From the NCBI GenBank assembly GCA_040285745.1, contig JAUFOR010000003.1, positions 62,001 through 126,000 on the forward strand: a stretch of 64,000 nt of DNA, read 5' to 3'. The position numbers and the translations under genes were made by a program. Numbering within the stretch: the first letter of the stretch is position 1; every line of letters begins with the position of its first letter. The DNA is from Barthelona sp. PCE. Taxonomy: Eukaryota. Shown one piece after another: positions 33,701 through 43,200 of the stretch. Under the pieces are notes generated by a model. That model worked only from the letters and a program-made list of their open reading frames with translations, made no database searches and was not told the origin of the DNA.

Positions 33701-36377
33701 GAGTCACAAACCCAGCAAGAAGATTCATATGTTGGAAACCAACAAGGTGCACAAGGGTTCACTTTATCTGAAAAAACGTTTTGCATTCAAGAAGCCCAAG
33801 AATAACAAACAAACCATTGCTGAGATTATTGTTAAAAACAAGAATCCCTCAAACACATTCAATATATTTTACGGTTGTGACGCTCCTGAATATGGTGATT
33901 CTCAAGTTGCCTGCAGTCAGTCACAGACTGTAACTTACGGTAAAGTAGCTGTCAGCCGTTATCTGGTCCAGAGCGAAGAGAGTACTTTGTTCCGTTTGGT
34001 AGGTTCTGGTGTATTTGTAGATTACGAAATGGAGATTAGAACCATCACGATTGATGACTTTAAGGAGTTAGATTATGGTAAGGAACACTGTTTCACTCCA
34101 TCCTTGAAGAGTAAGAACTTTAAGATTAAACTACCCGAGAGAGGCAGTTCATTGTCGTGGGTGACTGATCGCAATGATGCTATTTATTATGCTCAATCAA
34201 CTTTCATGCGTGACGGTTCATTGGGAAGAATGGACGGTGAACTTCCATATGTTTATGGTTCTGCCAGTGGTTCTCAGCTTCAAGTCGGTAATAATCCGAA
34301 TACATGGTGGTTATTCTCCGCCTATTCATACTATCATGATGGTATTGGTCAGTTCTGCATTCGTACTGAGCTTAAGAGACCCGATTACGGTGATGTTCGT
34401 AGCTATGGTCAGGCCAAGACAGTAACTATTGTTCCCCTGGCCAATACTGGTGTCGAGTTCTTTACCACGAATGAGCGCTCTGTTAGTGCAACTCATAATA
34501 TCTTTGATGGCACTTCCAGGAAGTTCATCAAGGTTGAGATCCCTGATGAGGCAGTTGGTTTCTTCCCCACAAAGGTTATTGGTCTCAAGATGTACGGTAC
34601 TTTTGATCCGGATGATATCTTTGCTGTTGACGCCAATGGTGTAAGATATGATCCCATTGCATCTGTACACTCCACTAACGATTATGATAGTGGAAAACGT
34701 CATCTTTACACGAACTTTACCGCGGGCTCTAATCTTTTCTTGAAGATCAACAGTTATGTCAACGAGAAGATGTCAATTGGTGTATTCCTTGTTGATATCA
34801 GTGATATTGCAGTTGATGTGGCGGATCCAACTTCCCCCATTAAGCCGCACAACCGTAATGCGAAGATCAATATCTTTAGATTAGCGCTTGACACCGAAAA
34901 GATTAAGATGTACGCAACCACCAAGCTTTATGTTGGTGGTTCTTCTTATATTTATGCATATGATGACGTTGGTAATGACATTGATAGTGGCAGTTCAAGT
35001 TCCTATACCATGGATCCAAAACAGTTCAAGTACCATAATCCGAGTAAGCTGATTGTTGTTGTCAGATATCCTGAGGACAATGAGCAAGAGGCAGTCCAAA
35101 GTCAAGCTCTTCAACTGACTTACGCTGTTACTACACCTATCCAGATTACTGAAGGAACCACTACATACACCGTTACTGAAGATAATATTACCCCTTTGAA
35201 CAAGATTCGTATGACTTTTGATAAAAGTATTCTTCTTAATGATGGAGATAAAATTGTTATCGTTGAGAAAAATATTTATGATTCTGTTTCTGATTCTTAT
35301 GTGTCATGTTCTGTTTATTCATCAGACAGTTGGACAACTGAGATTTCGAACTCTGGACCTATGATGAAAGGTGTCTCGAACTTTAAGTATGATTCAACTC
35401 CGATATTTGAAATTTCTTCATGTGGTGTTTCTGATATGACAAAGCTCACCATTCGTGCTATCATTTCAACAGCTGAAGAATTAACTTCAACCCCTGTTAC
35501 AGTCACCAGAGACACGATGGTCAAGATTTTTTATATTAATAAGAAACGTGCTACAAGTATTGAGCTCACTGATATTGTTCTTGATTACGATGAAACTTTC
35601 ATTGGTTCAAACTCGATTGCATTATATGGTGTCCCAACCTCCGATATGGAGAAGAGCTGGGATCTTTACAACATTGAAGAGTATAGTAGTATTGACTTTG
35701 ATGATTTCATGTGGACCAAGGCTGCTGGAGAATACAATATTCCTCCATCCCTTTCCTCCTTCGTTCTTATGACTGAGGGAACTGATTTCCAGAATGATCG
35801 CTTATGGGTCATCGTAACTGTTCATTCGTCACTTCATTCATCGACTTCATTCAAGATTAAAGCTAAAGAACTGAAGCCTTCGTATAAGATTGAATCATGT
35901 GATCGCTCCATTATTGATTTCAATGACGGTTTTGGTGCTGAACTAAACGTTGAAGCAAAGAAATACAAGGACGCTCGTTTCTCATTCCTTAATAATGGTA
36001 TTACCACATTTGTTGATAAGAAAACGATTGAATCCTATAATCAATTGATCTGTCAGCTTTATGTTCCTTATTTCAAGGATGGTCTCATTGCTCAACCTGA
36101 GAGTAAGGATGCTTCATCTATTTACAGCAACGCTAGAGAATTTGTTTCAAACAGCGAACTGTATGATGATTATGGTTACGAAGAACCAGAAGAAGCTCCC
36201 CAGTTCCAGTCTATTGTCGATCCTGATACCTCTTCAAAGGATGAAGGATTTTGGACCGCTGGTACAATATTCTTGATTATCATTCTTGCCATTATTGTTG
36301 GAGCAGTCTTTGTTTGGTGGTTTGTAATTCGTCCTAAAAAGGGAGGAATGAAGACTAAGCAAATTATGCCTAATTAA
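27741..36377 (+). CDS. Giant type-I membrane (cell-surface) protein, about 2,878 aa
   Basis: N-terminal signal peptide (MLKIIFLTFLLLLLSNA), long T/S/Y-rich beta-strand ectodomain, one C-terminal TM helix (TIFLIIILAIIVGAVFVWWFVI) and a short basic tail. Confidence 0.9.
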   Translation: MNMLKIIFLTFLLLLLSNAAPTALNTVSLDYFNIKLDFDADQWGYVKFTSNASAACTHYVTFTAQDAPFFNQETVTEYTVTAGTTQYLWIPSYWTSQSSFNMTGYASHATEGTTCGAEYDFITGNILTENESIQQAWKYSFVTGYTEMTAHHSIEYEFSIRSESFGSIPLVAYEYTDEGFKNPQSFTATNNTVYTKTFFASDYLIGTPKIVFFIDRTSHSTSNMDSFEVENVVVRKFTQGRFVDLAVGVKQTVSIASDEVIMFKIPQTEVPKGSYMNIRINGVAVTSLANVHLSRRGSLTYDASSGMDNVWTDGNWFNKNIYKKEVVDYAHPFSGVMYLRVETAARGTFNIQFSVINGIDEPPALKPGKTVNLDIKKDTYKHFTFEPKDLMEHEFYFIRILSADSGMDINVYIAEGENLAPRNDESDHTSIFDPTVKSLSFTTSSIDDPIININPCHFDRTKKYYFSVSDDDTNSNSGYVISFELIHVPRIDLSSGVSTVLPRMRSGTQIPFVLDPTKMNPSDFYKISYALSGNWKYYTSKERNCGASTTFYDQYHSSEFLPACGMSKSKLYGVVTLTSIAEQPTIGLYHFTNNIRKVEFGKKISLENLPDKIHRTVYFELDIPKNFDELRDKIFVTKWRRATAHSNSISVTAGDLCVGSSSYTFTTNVEHIHSFRDDLAYIRKDGKYFVKVYYPSNVDLDDDVSVEFKLKGTKKIVLDENKSLTIRANEAMNYEIHVPFKRSETYKSTYDTIHFVGHNNMNENFYYMETNKDGKQFWNGLDYRSLSLFKFSANGYTVKSFPPTSSYNDRVMKYYYFSQTGFVYNRDIEIIRKTYTPIKITDTVQHIKKPYVAGGQYHYAYLEPMTISEEQFVRVNFIAADSASSITSYWSHNGYYDNNRYAGSDTYDYMNVAADDLSVEFTKKELEELRYVRLFSDGEISISYEIVTKFADVIPIPSSGYSTLTAVYDYSTKLEFETNSTLDDGKMYLLTAKITSIVTATTVASRPTTYSLNIESAEVGRTFTVYAQDSAIAEDEKTLYYGNTILAGAKFHGEKMKFILHTDLSRKHIKIAFKLEEIIVDENVNINTQGEERSVGNKPVIFKYEIKSDIYVDYDFNITSKGATGLDLANDIVMYVDYNTLYFEDDSVHIANSDEFTFNPVADYRTQYMYIMLVPASSYGAITNESVTATVLLTLDETIQSMNERSDNTVLTIADSSKVYWIRYTMPSSLTGDNAQPFNMHIKTVNTGARFDFYAIFSENRKFDPTSNVAVILSDNDENVFDLYAIDYAQLHVQVPAEYYIKVSSFTSWVSTATVSVEPIPLVSTTALSLDTLNAVANEYTYSADRVFKYTGNFSDCTHLFIHTTETFTVSSMLTGGVTASAITTTSVDRMFKVSEFDDTDTDGLVFSRSFAASETASIYFSKVNQLEKTLTAVTTTNTHTLDITTGSLFTDFVHFTVEWPAGVIPSTLTFETNGKTYYVYQSEQYASSSNMVPPSCGIGCYTVSDGSDIEFDMSALVTGDPYIAGKMEFYLVPSWNYANKDDTVNMKATLVTVDDEVVTTTESQSSTTATAAYRYVKWEFPSSIGANGAVYIDFANVTLTCDTDKIASRLISTWTDSYSTWMRYLYYNPSLNKDTLSGSYCYYRGSVGEYESKVIKVVPISNVDELELTLDDTTPVRIVKPTLGKFDDMNQYVKASVVNYVSTNKDDGDMNVVPAQFNSGVYAVGSQIHFSSNSMEANIDPISHEDFSILIFSTEMPTTSDFSVRTELKNFTKLSGMKQFVCNSLEMADDECKTYCKSYRNKIYSNTVFTEPNGYVEPSGFRTFYIKPNTNDTACHIEVKRTNGNNFDVKGRITDMNDLHFSPAVNDWLRVSLITVNPEAEIYGAAPMHWRTICDGSNIQPKADTCKCHVDDCEVKITVPQRIGYLQELKMESDSTISFTKYHPQSGHTINIGNGDSIYEELYTNHFKSTVMPIYGTVPYGESVMWSHKPSKKIHMLETNKVHKGSLYLKKRFAFKKPKNNKQTIAEIIVKNKNPSNTFNIFYGCDAPEYGDSQVACSQSQTVTYGKVAVSRYLVQSEESTLFRLVGSGVFVDYEMEIRTITIDDFKELDYGKEHCFTPSLKSKNFKIKLPERGSSLSWVTDRNDAIYYAQSTFMRDGSLGRMDGELPYVYGSASGSQLQVGNNPNTWWLFSAYSYYHDGIGQFCIRTELKRPDYGDVRSYGQAKTVTIVPLANTGVEFFTTNERSVSATHNIFDGTSRKFIKVEIPDEAVGFFPTKVIGLKMYGTFDPDDIFAVDANGVRYDPIASVHSTNDYDSGKRHLYTNFTAGSNLFLKINSYVNEKMSIGVFLVDISDIAVDVADPTSPIKPHNRNAKINIFRLALDTEKIKMYATTKLYVGGSSYIYAYDDVGNDIDSGSSSSYTMDPKQFKYHNPSKLIVVVRYPEDNEQEAVQSQALQLTYAVTTPIQITEGTTTYTVTEDNITPLNKIRMTFDKSILLNDGDKIVIVEKNIYDSVSDSYVSCSVYSSDSWTTEISNSGPMMKGVSNFKYDSTPIFEISSCGVSDMTKLTIRAIISTAEELTSTPVTVTRDTMVKIFYINKKRATSIELTDIVLDYDETFIGSNSIALYGVPTSDMEKSWDLYNIEEYSSIDFDDFMWTKAAGEYNIPPSLSSFVLMTEGTDFQNDRLWVIVTVHSSLHSSTSFKIKAKELKPSYKIESCDRSIIDFNDGFGAELNVEAKKYKDARFSFLNNGITTFVDKKTIESYNQLICQLYVPYFKDGLIAQPESKDASSIYSNAREFVSNSELYDDYGYEEPEEAPQFQSIVDPDTSSKDEGFWTAGTIFLIIILAIIVGAVFVWWFVIRPKKGGMKTKQIMPN

Positions 36378-37920
36378 CATGTATGCTCTCAAGCAATTCA
36401 ATAAAATGTTTTCCTTTTTGATTTCTTTTGGTTTTAAACACTCGTTGTTTTTCTTTATGAAACGCATATAAAACATTATTATATTTGAAGCAATACAGGA
36501 AGTTACCTGAAATACGCATCAAAAGAAAATTAAACAGTTTAGACAGTTGTGATGATGCAGCACTCGCTCTAATTTTATGCATTTTTGTTCCTTGAGTTGT
36601 CTCATTGTTGATGAACATACAGATCCACTGCGCTATTGTTTCATCATGATCACTACATTCAAAACCGCGTATATCTCGTGTAAATACATTATAATCTGCC
36701 TCAAAAATCTGTGCCAATATTTCAACTAGATGAGGTCCAACGCGCACGGTTACAGTGAAAAAAATACATTGCCAAACACGCTTAACATTAAAAGCAACGA
36801 AGTCAAAGCTCTTGATGTATATACAATGTTTTTGATCACAAAAACTCTTCAGCAATAATGGTGAAGTCAGACGCGGACTTCCATTATTGGTTACAATACA
36901 AGTATACAATGGTAGAGGTAGCATTTTCACACTCATTAACGACACCGTTCCTGATGTATCAATGACGGCAACGCATAGCGCATCCATGTATTCTCCACTG
37001 AAAAAAGATTGAGGAATAGGAAGAGATGCAATCATCCTCACTGTTGTACAATGCAACGGTGAGTCCCAGCTAAACCAACTAACAAAATCATTACATCTGA
37101 AGCAATGTTGATCGTTTTTAGTGCTGATACAATGGGATTTAAGTAGCATACCTGGAGGTTGTCTCAAAATTTTTTTTGAAGCTACAATATGCTCGATTGC
37201 AGTATCTATGCTTGATAATACAGTGATGTCACGTTTTTGCTCAATTATATCCGTTATTCGGTCAATGTGCATGCGAAAATATCGAAGGGGATGCACTAAA
37301 AAAAGAGAATCACAAAATTGTGCAAAACTCGGACTTAGCGGGACATGTTGAGCATCTTTTGTGAACACTGCGATACCCAGAGGAAAAGCAACTCGGTAAC
37401 CAGCGTAATTAGTGTACATGAATCGTTTTTTGCAAATATCAAGAAAACGATAGGGAGGTTGATAAAAGTGTGACCAAGACCATCGAGGTGTCACATAGTA
37501 AAAATCTCCGTCATCGTTCCTATGGAGATGTATGAGTCCACGAAAATATGTTTTAACTGGAACAGTTTCGATATCATATGTTTTATAATCTTGAATAGTA
37601 CAAATTGTGGAGTGTGTAACAGAAAATAGAACAGTTGTTGGGTTTGAATTAACTACTGTGCCACGTGGCATGTTACTGAAGTGGAAATTAGCAGCAAAAC
37701 TGATATTTAGCAAATTCTTTGATCCAAAAACTTTTGAAAGTCGTTTTAATGGTACCTCAATAATGTATATTATGTTTATATCGTCCCTCAGTATGAGTGC
37801 AGTGCTTTTGATAGGAGTTATATTGATAAAACGTTCTAATCTCAAATTTGCCCTTCGAGGAAATGATATTTCGGTCTTTACCTGTTCTTTGAAGCTGCGG
37901 TACCCACTTTGCCGAGGAAT
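36370..37920 (-). CDS. Hypothetical protein; start uncertain (ATT 37920 or ATG 37671)
   Basis: The frame is open from 37929 to the TAG at 36372-36370. It overlaps the 3' end of the giant gene by 8 nt. Confidence 0.65.
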   Translation of the reverse strand: MPRQSGYRSFKEQVKTEISFPRRANLRLERFINITPIKSTALILRDDINIIYIIEVPLKRLSKVFGSKNLLNISFAANFHFSNMPRGTVVNSNPTTVLFSVTHSTICTIQDYKTYDIETVPVKTYFRGLIHLHRNDDGDFYYVTPRWSWSHFYQPPYRFLDICKKRFMYTNYAGYRVAFPLGIAVFTKDAQHVPLSPSFAQFCDSLFLVHPLRYFRMHIDRITDIIEQKRDITVLSSIDTAIEHIVASKKILRQPPGMLLKSHCISTKNDQHCFRCNDFVSWFSWDSPLHCTTVRMIASLPIPQSFFSGEYMDALCVAVIDTSGTVSLMSVKMLPLPLYTCIVTNNGSPRLTSPLLLKSFCDQKHCIYIKSFDFVAFNVKRVWQCIFFTVTVRVGPHLVEILAQIFEADYNVFTRDIRGFECSDHDETIAQWICMFINNETTQGTKMHKIRASAASSQLSKLFNFLLMRISGNFLYCFKYNNVLYAFHKEKQRVFKTKRNQKGKHFIELLESIHVN

Positions 37921-38115
37921 TTTAGAAGTTTAACACGTTGGAAGGAGGAGATAAAAAGCGAAACAATAGGAGATAGATAGGCTTTATCCCTCAAACTTAT
38001 TGATGGTGACAGTAAAACTGCCGGTGGGAGCGAAGTAAACTTTACACATGTGAGTAGTGTTACTGAAATTCAATATTGTTCCGCAACGAGCTTTTTCCAC
38101 CCATTGCAAATTTTC

Positions 38116-39744
38116 ATGGACATCAACAAGTTTCATGGATTCTATCAGAGTCATTTCCGAAGCATAGAAGGAAATCTAAAAGATTTAATCAAGGGTAAAG
38201 ACGATAATGGGGCTAACTTTGCTGTTGTTGTTGATATCACGTCATTCTTATCATTGGCGAGCTGTAGGGATCTCAGCATGTCACATGCATCACGTAAAAT
38301 TGCAGAAGTCATTGACTGGGCACTACATCTTGAGGCTACTGAAGTGGTTATTGTTTGTGAGAGTATACCCACTGCTAGACTCTTTTCGTCGTACAGAGCC
38401 CACTGGGTCAGCTCTAACAGACTCAAGGGACTTTGTGACTTTATTTTTGATAAATTGAAGGAAGTCAACCCACCGAACGTATATTTTTCATCTGTTTTTG
38501 AGAACGGCGAGGCGCTTCCCAAGTGCTGTAATTATGTTTTGAAAAATCAAAATCGTTTTGACGGTTTCCTGGTTGTAAGTTGCTGTAATGAAATGTTTCC
38601 TATGCTTTTCAACGTGCAATCACAGGTTTCAGCCACAGTAGTGGGGTCATGGGTGCCATTCAGTGCGCTTTTGCCTAATGCTCTTCGTCACATGAATTTC
38701 GTCAGAATCAGCGAATGTATAAACACTTTGTCACGTAGTGTTGGTTGCAATCCACGAAGAACATCGCTTGTGTTCACGTTCGTCTGCGCACTTTGTCATG
38801 CCAAACTGAGCGTCTCTATGTCTTCGTTCGAACATGTTTGGAATCTTTTTTGGAAACCGGGAATTGTGGGTGAACTAAATCCCAGCGGTTGCTATGAACT
38901 AAATGGCATCGACAACCACTTTGTCGCACGCGCTATCTTCCCCCTTGTTGAACCAAGAGAGGAAGCCGAGATGGATGAAAAGTATGATCAAGAGTCAGAA
39001 GAAAAGTTCTACGACGTTTATTATCAGTGTTTATGGAGCGTCCTTGAGAAGTACGTGAGCTCTCCGTTCAGGATTTATGCTGTTGGTAATTTAGATATTG
39101 AGAGAGTGCAGGTTTTCAAACTTGTTAAGTACTTACGTGAAAAACCACGATGCTGCTTCTTTACACGCCGTGCGTTCCCAACATTGGCAAGCATCCCTGT
39201 TTCAGGAGCATTTGCAGACTTTGAAGAGCTAAAAACGTATGAACCCTCGTTTGAATTGATTCAGAAGAAGAGAATGTATCTCAGCATGCCCCCCATACCC
39301 CCCATAGGCCTTTATTCACCCGAACTTGATAATTTTGGACTTTTATTAACCAAAATTAAGGCGTTAAATGATAAGAATGAGAATCTTAAAGAAGAATTGA
39401 GTTTTAGAGCAGGTTTAGAGTTCCATCCGATTGAAAACCGTCCATTATCTAAGAAGTATATGCGTAATTTCTTAAAAAGCGAGTTATTCCGAGAGCATAA
39501 GGAAAGTTTAGTTGAAACTTTCGGTGAATACAGAGAAGGGTCACTTGTTCCTGCTGAAATAATGGCAGAGGTCAATGACAAACAGAGAAAAACTGTCAAT
39601 AATAATCCAAATCGTAAAAAGAAAAAGAAGAAAAAAAAGGGAAAGAGAAATGCTAGACAGTTTGAGGGACGGGAATATGACGATAGGCATCACAGTAAGT
39701 CTCAAAGAAGTGATTCAAATCATGATAATTACAAAGAAGAATAA
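38116..39744 (+). CDS. Divergent XRN-family 5'-3' exoribonuclease-like protein, probably catalytically dead
   Basis: MDINKFHGFYQSHF, VVDITSFL, VIVCESIP, FSSVFENGEALPK, VVSCCNEM and YYQCLWSVLEKY fall in the order of the XRN conserved motifs. There is a poly-Lys NLS-like tail. Confidence 0.55.
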   Translation: MDINKFHGFYQSHFRSIEGNLKDLIKGKDDNGANFAVVVDITSFLSLASCRDLSMSHASRKIAEVIDWALHLEATEVVIVCESIPTARLFSSYRAHWVSSNRLKGLCDFIFDKLKEVNPPNVYFSSVFENGEALPKCCNYVLKNQNRFDGFLVVSCCNEMFPMLFNVQSQVSATVVGSWVPFSALLPNALRHMNFVRISECINTLSRSVGCNPRRTSLVFTFVCALCHAKLSVSMSSFEHVWNLFWKPGIVGELNPSGCYELNGIDNHFVARAIFPLVEPREEAEMDEKYDQESEEKFYDVYYQCLWSVLEKYVSSPFRIYAVGNLDIERVQVFKLVKYLREKPRCCFFTRRAFPTLASIPVSGAFADFEELKTYEPSFELIQKKRMYLSMPPIPPIGLYSPELDNFGLLLTKIKALNDKNENLKEELSFRAGLEFHPIENRPLSKKYMRNFLKSELFREHKESLVETFGEYREGSLVPAEIMAEVNDKQRKTVNNNPNRKKKKKKKKGKRNARQFEGREYDDRHHSKSQRSDSNHDNYKEE

Positions 39745-40270
39745 ATTTACCTGCATTGTATGTACTAATATTTACGTTAAAATTCACAAAGAATTTAGAC
39801 GCAATTGACTATATGCCGTACTTCACATACCGACTATAAACAAAAAACATTCACAACGCTACATACAGATATATCTTTTCATTCAGTGTGAATGTAAAGA
39901 GTACTAAAGTGAAATCCGTGTTTGCAGTGTGAGAACATCGTGTTTGATGATTTGTATTTGCAAAAAATTTTCAGATAAACATAGAAGTGTTGTTCTACGT
40001 ATGTGTTCGGGACTACTTATTTCTTTGTGGTTATGGTGTTTACACAGTAGAATAAGCTTACGCATAGACTTAATTATGTATAATTATGAATGTGAATAAA
40101 TTTTATGTGATTTTGTACGTTTTAAAAGAATACACTTATTTTATTGTCATGACGGTGATTGATGCAAATGTTTGAATCTTCTAAAACGAGTCAAAAAGCT
40201 TTAGTTTCTTCACCACATTTCAAAAATATATTTTTGTTTCTCACCTTTTTATCGTTGATAAATACTTGAA

Positions 40271-43200
40271 ATGTCAACTACTTCTTCTCGCTACAATCAT
40301 GCGAAATTTCAGGAGATCCGTAAGCCTCCTGTCGTGAAGATTAACAATGATTCAGGGGAAAAAGTCAGCATTAAGATCAATAACGTTGATTATGAGGTTC
40401 CAAAGGAAGCCACCATCATGGAAGCCGCTGCCATTAACGATATTAACATTTCACGTTTATGTTATATGCCCAGATTACCTCCAAGCGGACACTGTCGAGC
40501 CTGTGTTGTTGAGGTTGAAGGCATTGATGATTTGCCCTGTTCATGTGCAACTCAAGTTTATGAGGGCATGAATATTCAAACAAACACTCCCAAGGTTCGC
40601 AGAGCTGCCGCTGCTGCTCTTCACAAGATCCAGTCTTCCCAGCGTCACGCTGCTGAATCCGTTAACACTGCAAACTCTGAGTTTGAGCGTGTTTTACTCA
40701 ACCAGGATCTTTCATGTGTTGACCACAACGACGCTATTCAGATTGACTCCGCCAAGTGTATCAACTGTTCTCGTTGTGTCCGTTCATGTTCTGCTATCCA
40801 GAATTTGGGCATCCTTAAGATGACTGAGATTCAAGATAATATTGGCCCCCGTTCCGTTGTTACCGTTAACAACCCTGATCTGTACCTTTCTGAGAGTTCT
40901 TGTATCGCATGTGGTCAATGTACTACCGTATGCCCCACTGCTGCCATTACTGAAGTCGATGACATTGAGCGCTTTTACGCTGCCCGTGCCGCTGGTAAGG
41001 TTTGTGTCGTCCAGACCGCTCCTTCCGTTCGTGTCTGTGTTGGTGAGGAAGCTGGTATGGAAGCTGGTCTCGTTACTACTGGCCAGATGGTTTCCGCCCT
41101 TCGTCAGCTTGGTTTCACATACTGTTTCGATACTAACTATTCAGCTGATCTTACCATCATGGAAGAGGGTACCGAACTTATTCAGCGTGTCACCGAGAAC
41201 ATTCTCGAGCCTACACCTGATGCCCGTCCTCTCCCTATGTTTACCTCATGCTGTCCTGCTTGGGTTAACTACGTTGAGAAGTATCGCCCTGATCTCATCC
41301 CCAACCTTTCTTCTTGTAAGTCACCCATGTCTATGCTTTCAGCTATCCTTAAGACTCATTTTGCTGAGAAGCTTGGCAAGAAGCCTGAAGACATCTACGT
41401 CGTTGCTATTATGCCTTGTACTGCCAAAAAGCAAGAGTGCATTCGTGAGCAACTTGGTCGTGATGGTTATCTTGACACCGATCTTGTTCTTACCACTCGT
41501 GAAATGGGTAAGATGATTCGTGACAACAACATTGATTTTAAGAACCTCCCCGAGGAGAACTTCGACGAGGCTTTCGCCGAATCTTCTGGTGCCGGTGCCA
41601 TTTTCGGTGCTTCTGGTGGTGTTATGGAGGCTGCTCTTCGTACCGCTTACGAGGTACTCACCCAAGACAAGCTCGAGAAGGTTGAGTTTGATGCCGTCCG
41701 TGGTTTCCATGGTGTGCGTGAAGTTACTATCCCTGTTCCCATCAAGCACAATGGTCAAACCATTAATGCTGAGGTCTGCGTTGCCATCTGTGGTGGTATC
41801 AAGGCTGCTCAGGAACTTGTGAAGGGTAACATCTCCAAGTATCATTTCATCGAGGTTATGGCCTGTCCTTCCGGTTGTATCTCCGGTGGTGGACAGTCAC
41901 TCGCTCAGGATGCTGATGTTTACGAGAAGCGTCGCAGTGCTATCTATCGCATTGATGATGATCTCAGTGCTGTTCGTCGTTCTCACGAGAATGTCACACT
42001 CATGAAGCTTTACAAAGACTGGTTGGGTGAGCCCAACGGTCACAAGGCTCACCATCTTCTTCACACACACTATCACGATCACACTGCTGAATGCAAGGAT
42101 CGTGTCAAGATTGAGATTGACGACTCAGATGTCTCTGATGGTTTCCTCCTTGTTTATGCCACACAGACTGGTAACACACGTGATCTTGCCACTGCTATGG
42201 CTCGTAAGCTTGCCTGCGGTGCTAAGGTTGATCTTAAGGCTGCTGATGATATCCACGCCATGGAAATGAAAAAATACCGTAACATTGTCCTTGGTACATG
42301 TACATTTGGTATGGGTGAGATCCCTGCTATGGGTAAGGCTTTCTTCTCACAACTCAAGGATCTCCCTGAAGGATTCCTTGAAGGCCACAACGTTGCCATC
42401 TTTGGTATTGGTTCTACTGCTTATGGTGGTCAGTTCAACAAGGCTGGTAAGGACTTTGAAGATGCTTTCGTCAAGACTGGCTGTACTTTCGTCGTAGATC
42501 GCTGTATCGCCGATGAAAAGATCGGTTACGATACATTTATCAATCCTTGGACTGATCAACTCATGGAGAAGTTCGGTATTGAAGAGGCTGTGCCCGTCGC
42601 TCCTCCGGAGCCTCGTTATCGCATCACTGTTGGTCTCGAGCAAGGTGTTCACGGACCTCCTGCTGGTTACACTTACGTCAAGATGACCAAGAACGAGCGT
42701 ATCACCCCCGATGATTATGATGTCGATGTCCGTCTCGTTTCATTCTCTCTCAAGGATGGTGAAGATTACAACACTGGTCTCAACTACCAGTCATCCTACC
42801 ATCTCGCTATCCACCCTGCCAACCCCCGTGATTGGGTTAAGGATTTCATGACAAAGTGCTACCCCACTCTTGATCCTGAAATGATTATTGTCGTCACCCC
42901 TGTTGGTTCCAACCCCGTTATTCCTGGTTTGGATAAGGGTATCTCCATCACAGAGCTCTTCACTAGATATCTCGATATCTATGATCTCGCTAAGCGTGAT
43001 TTCTTCAAGGCTTTGGCTCCTTTCGCCAAGTCTGCTTCTACTCGTCGTCGTCTCCTTCATCTTGGTTCCAAGGAAGGTGCCGAAGAGCTTGCTGAATTGA
43101 AGAAGAATTCTGGTTACACATATGCTGATGCTATTACCGAATTTGCTGATGCGCGTCCCCCTCTCGCATGGTTGGTTGATGTTATTCCTCAAATTAAGCC

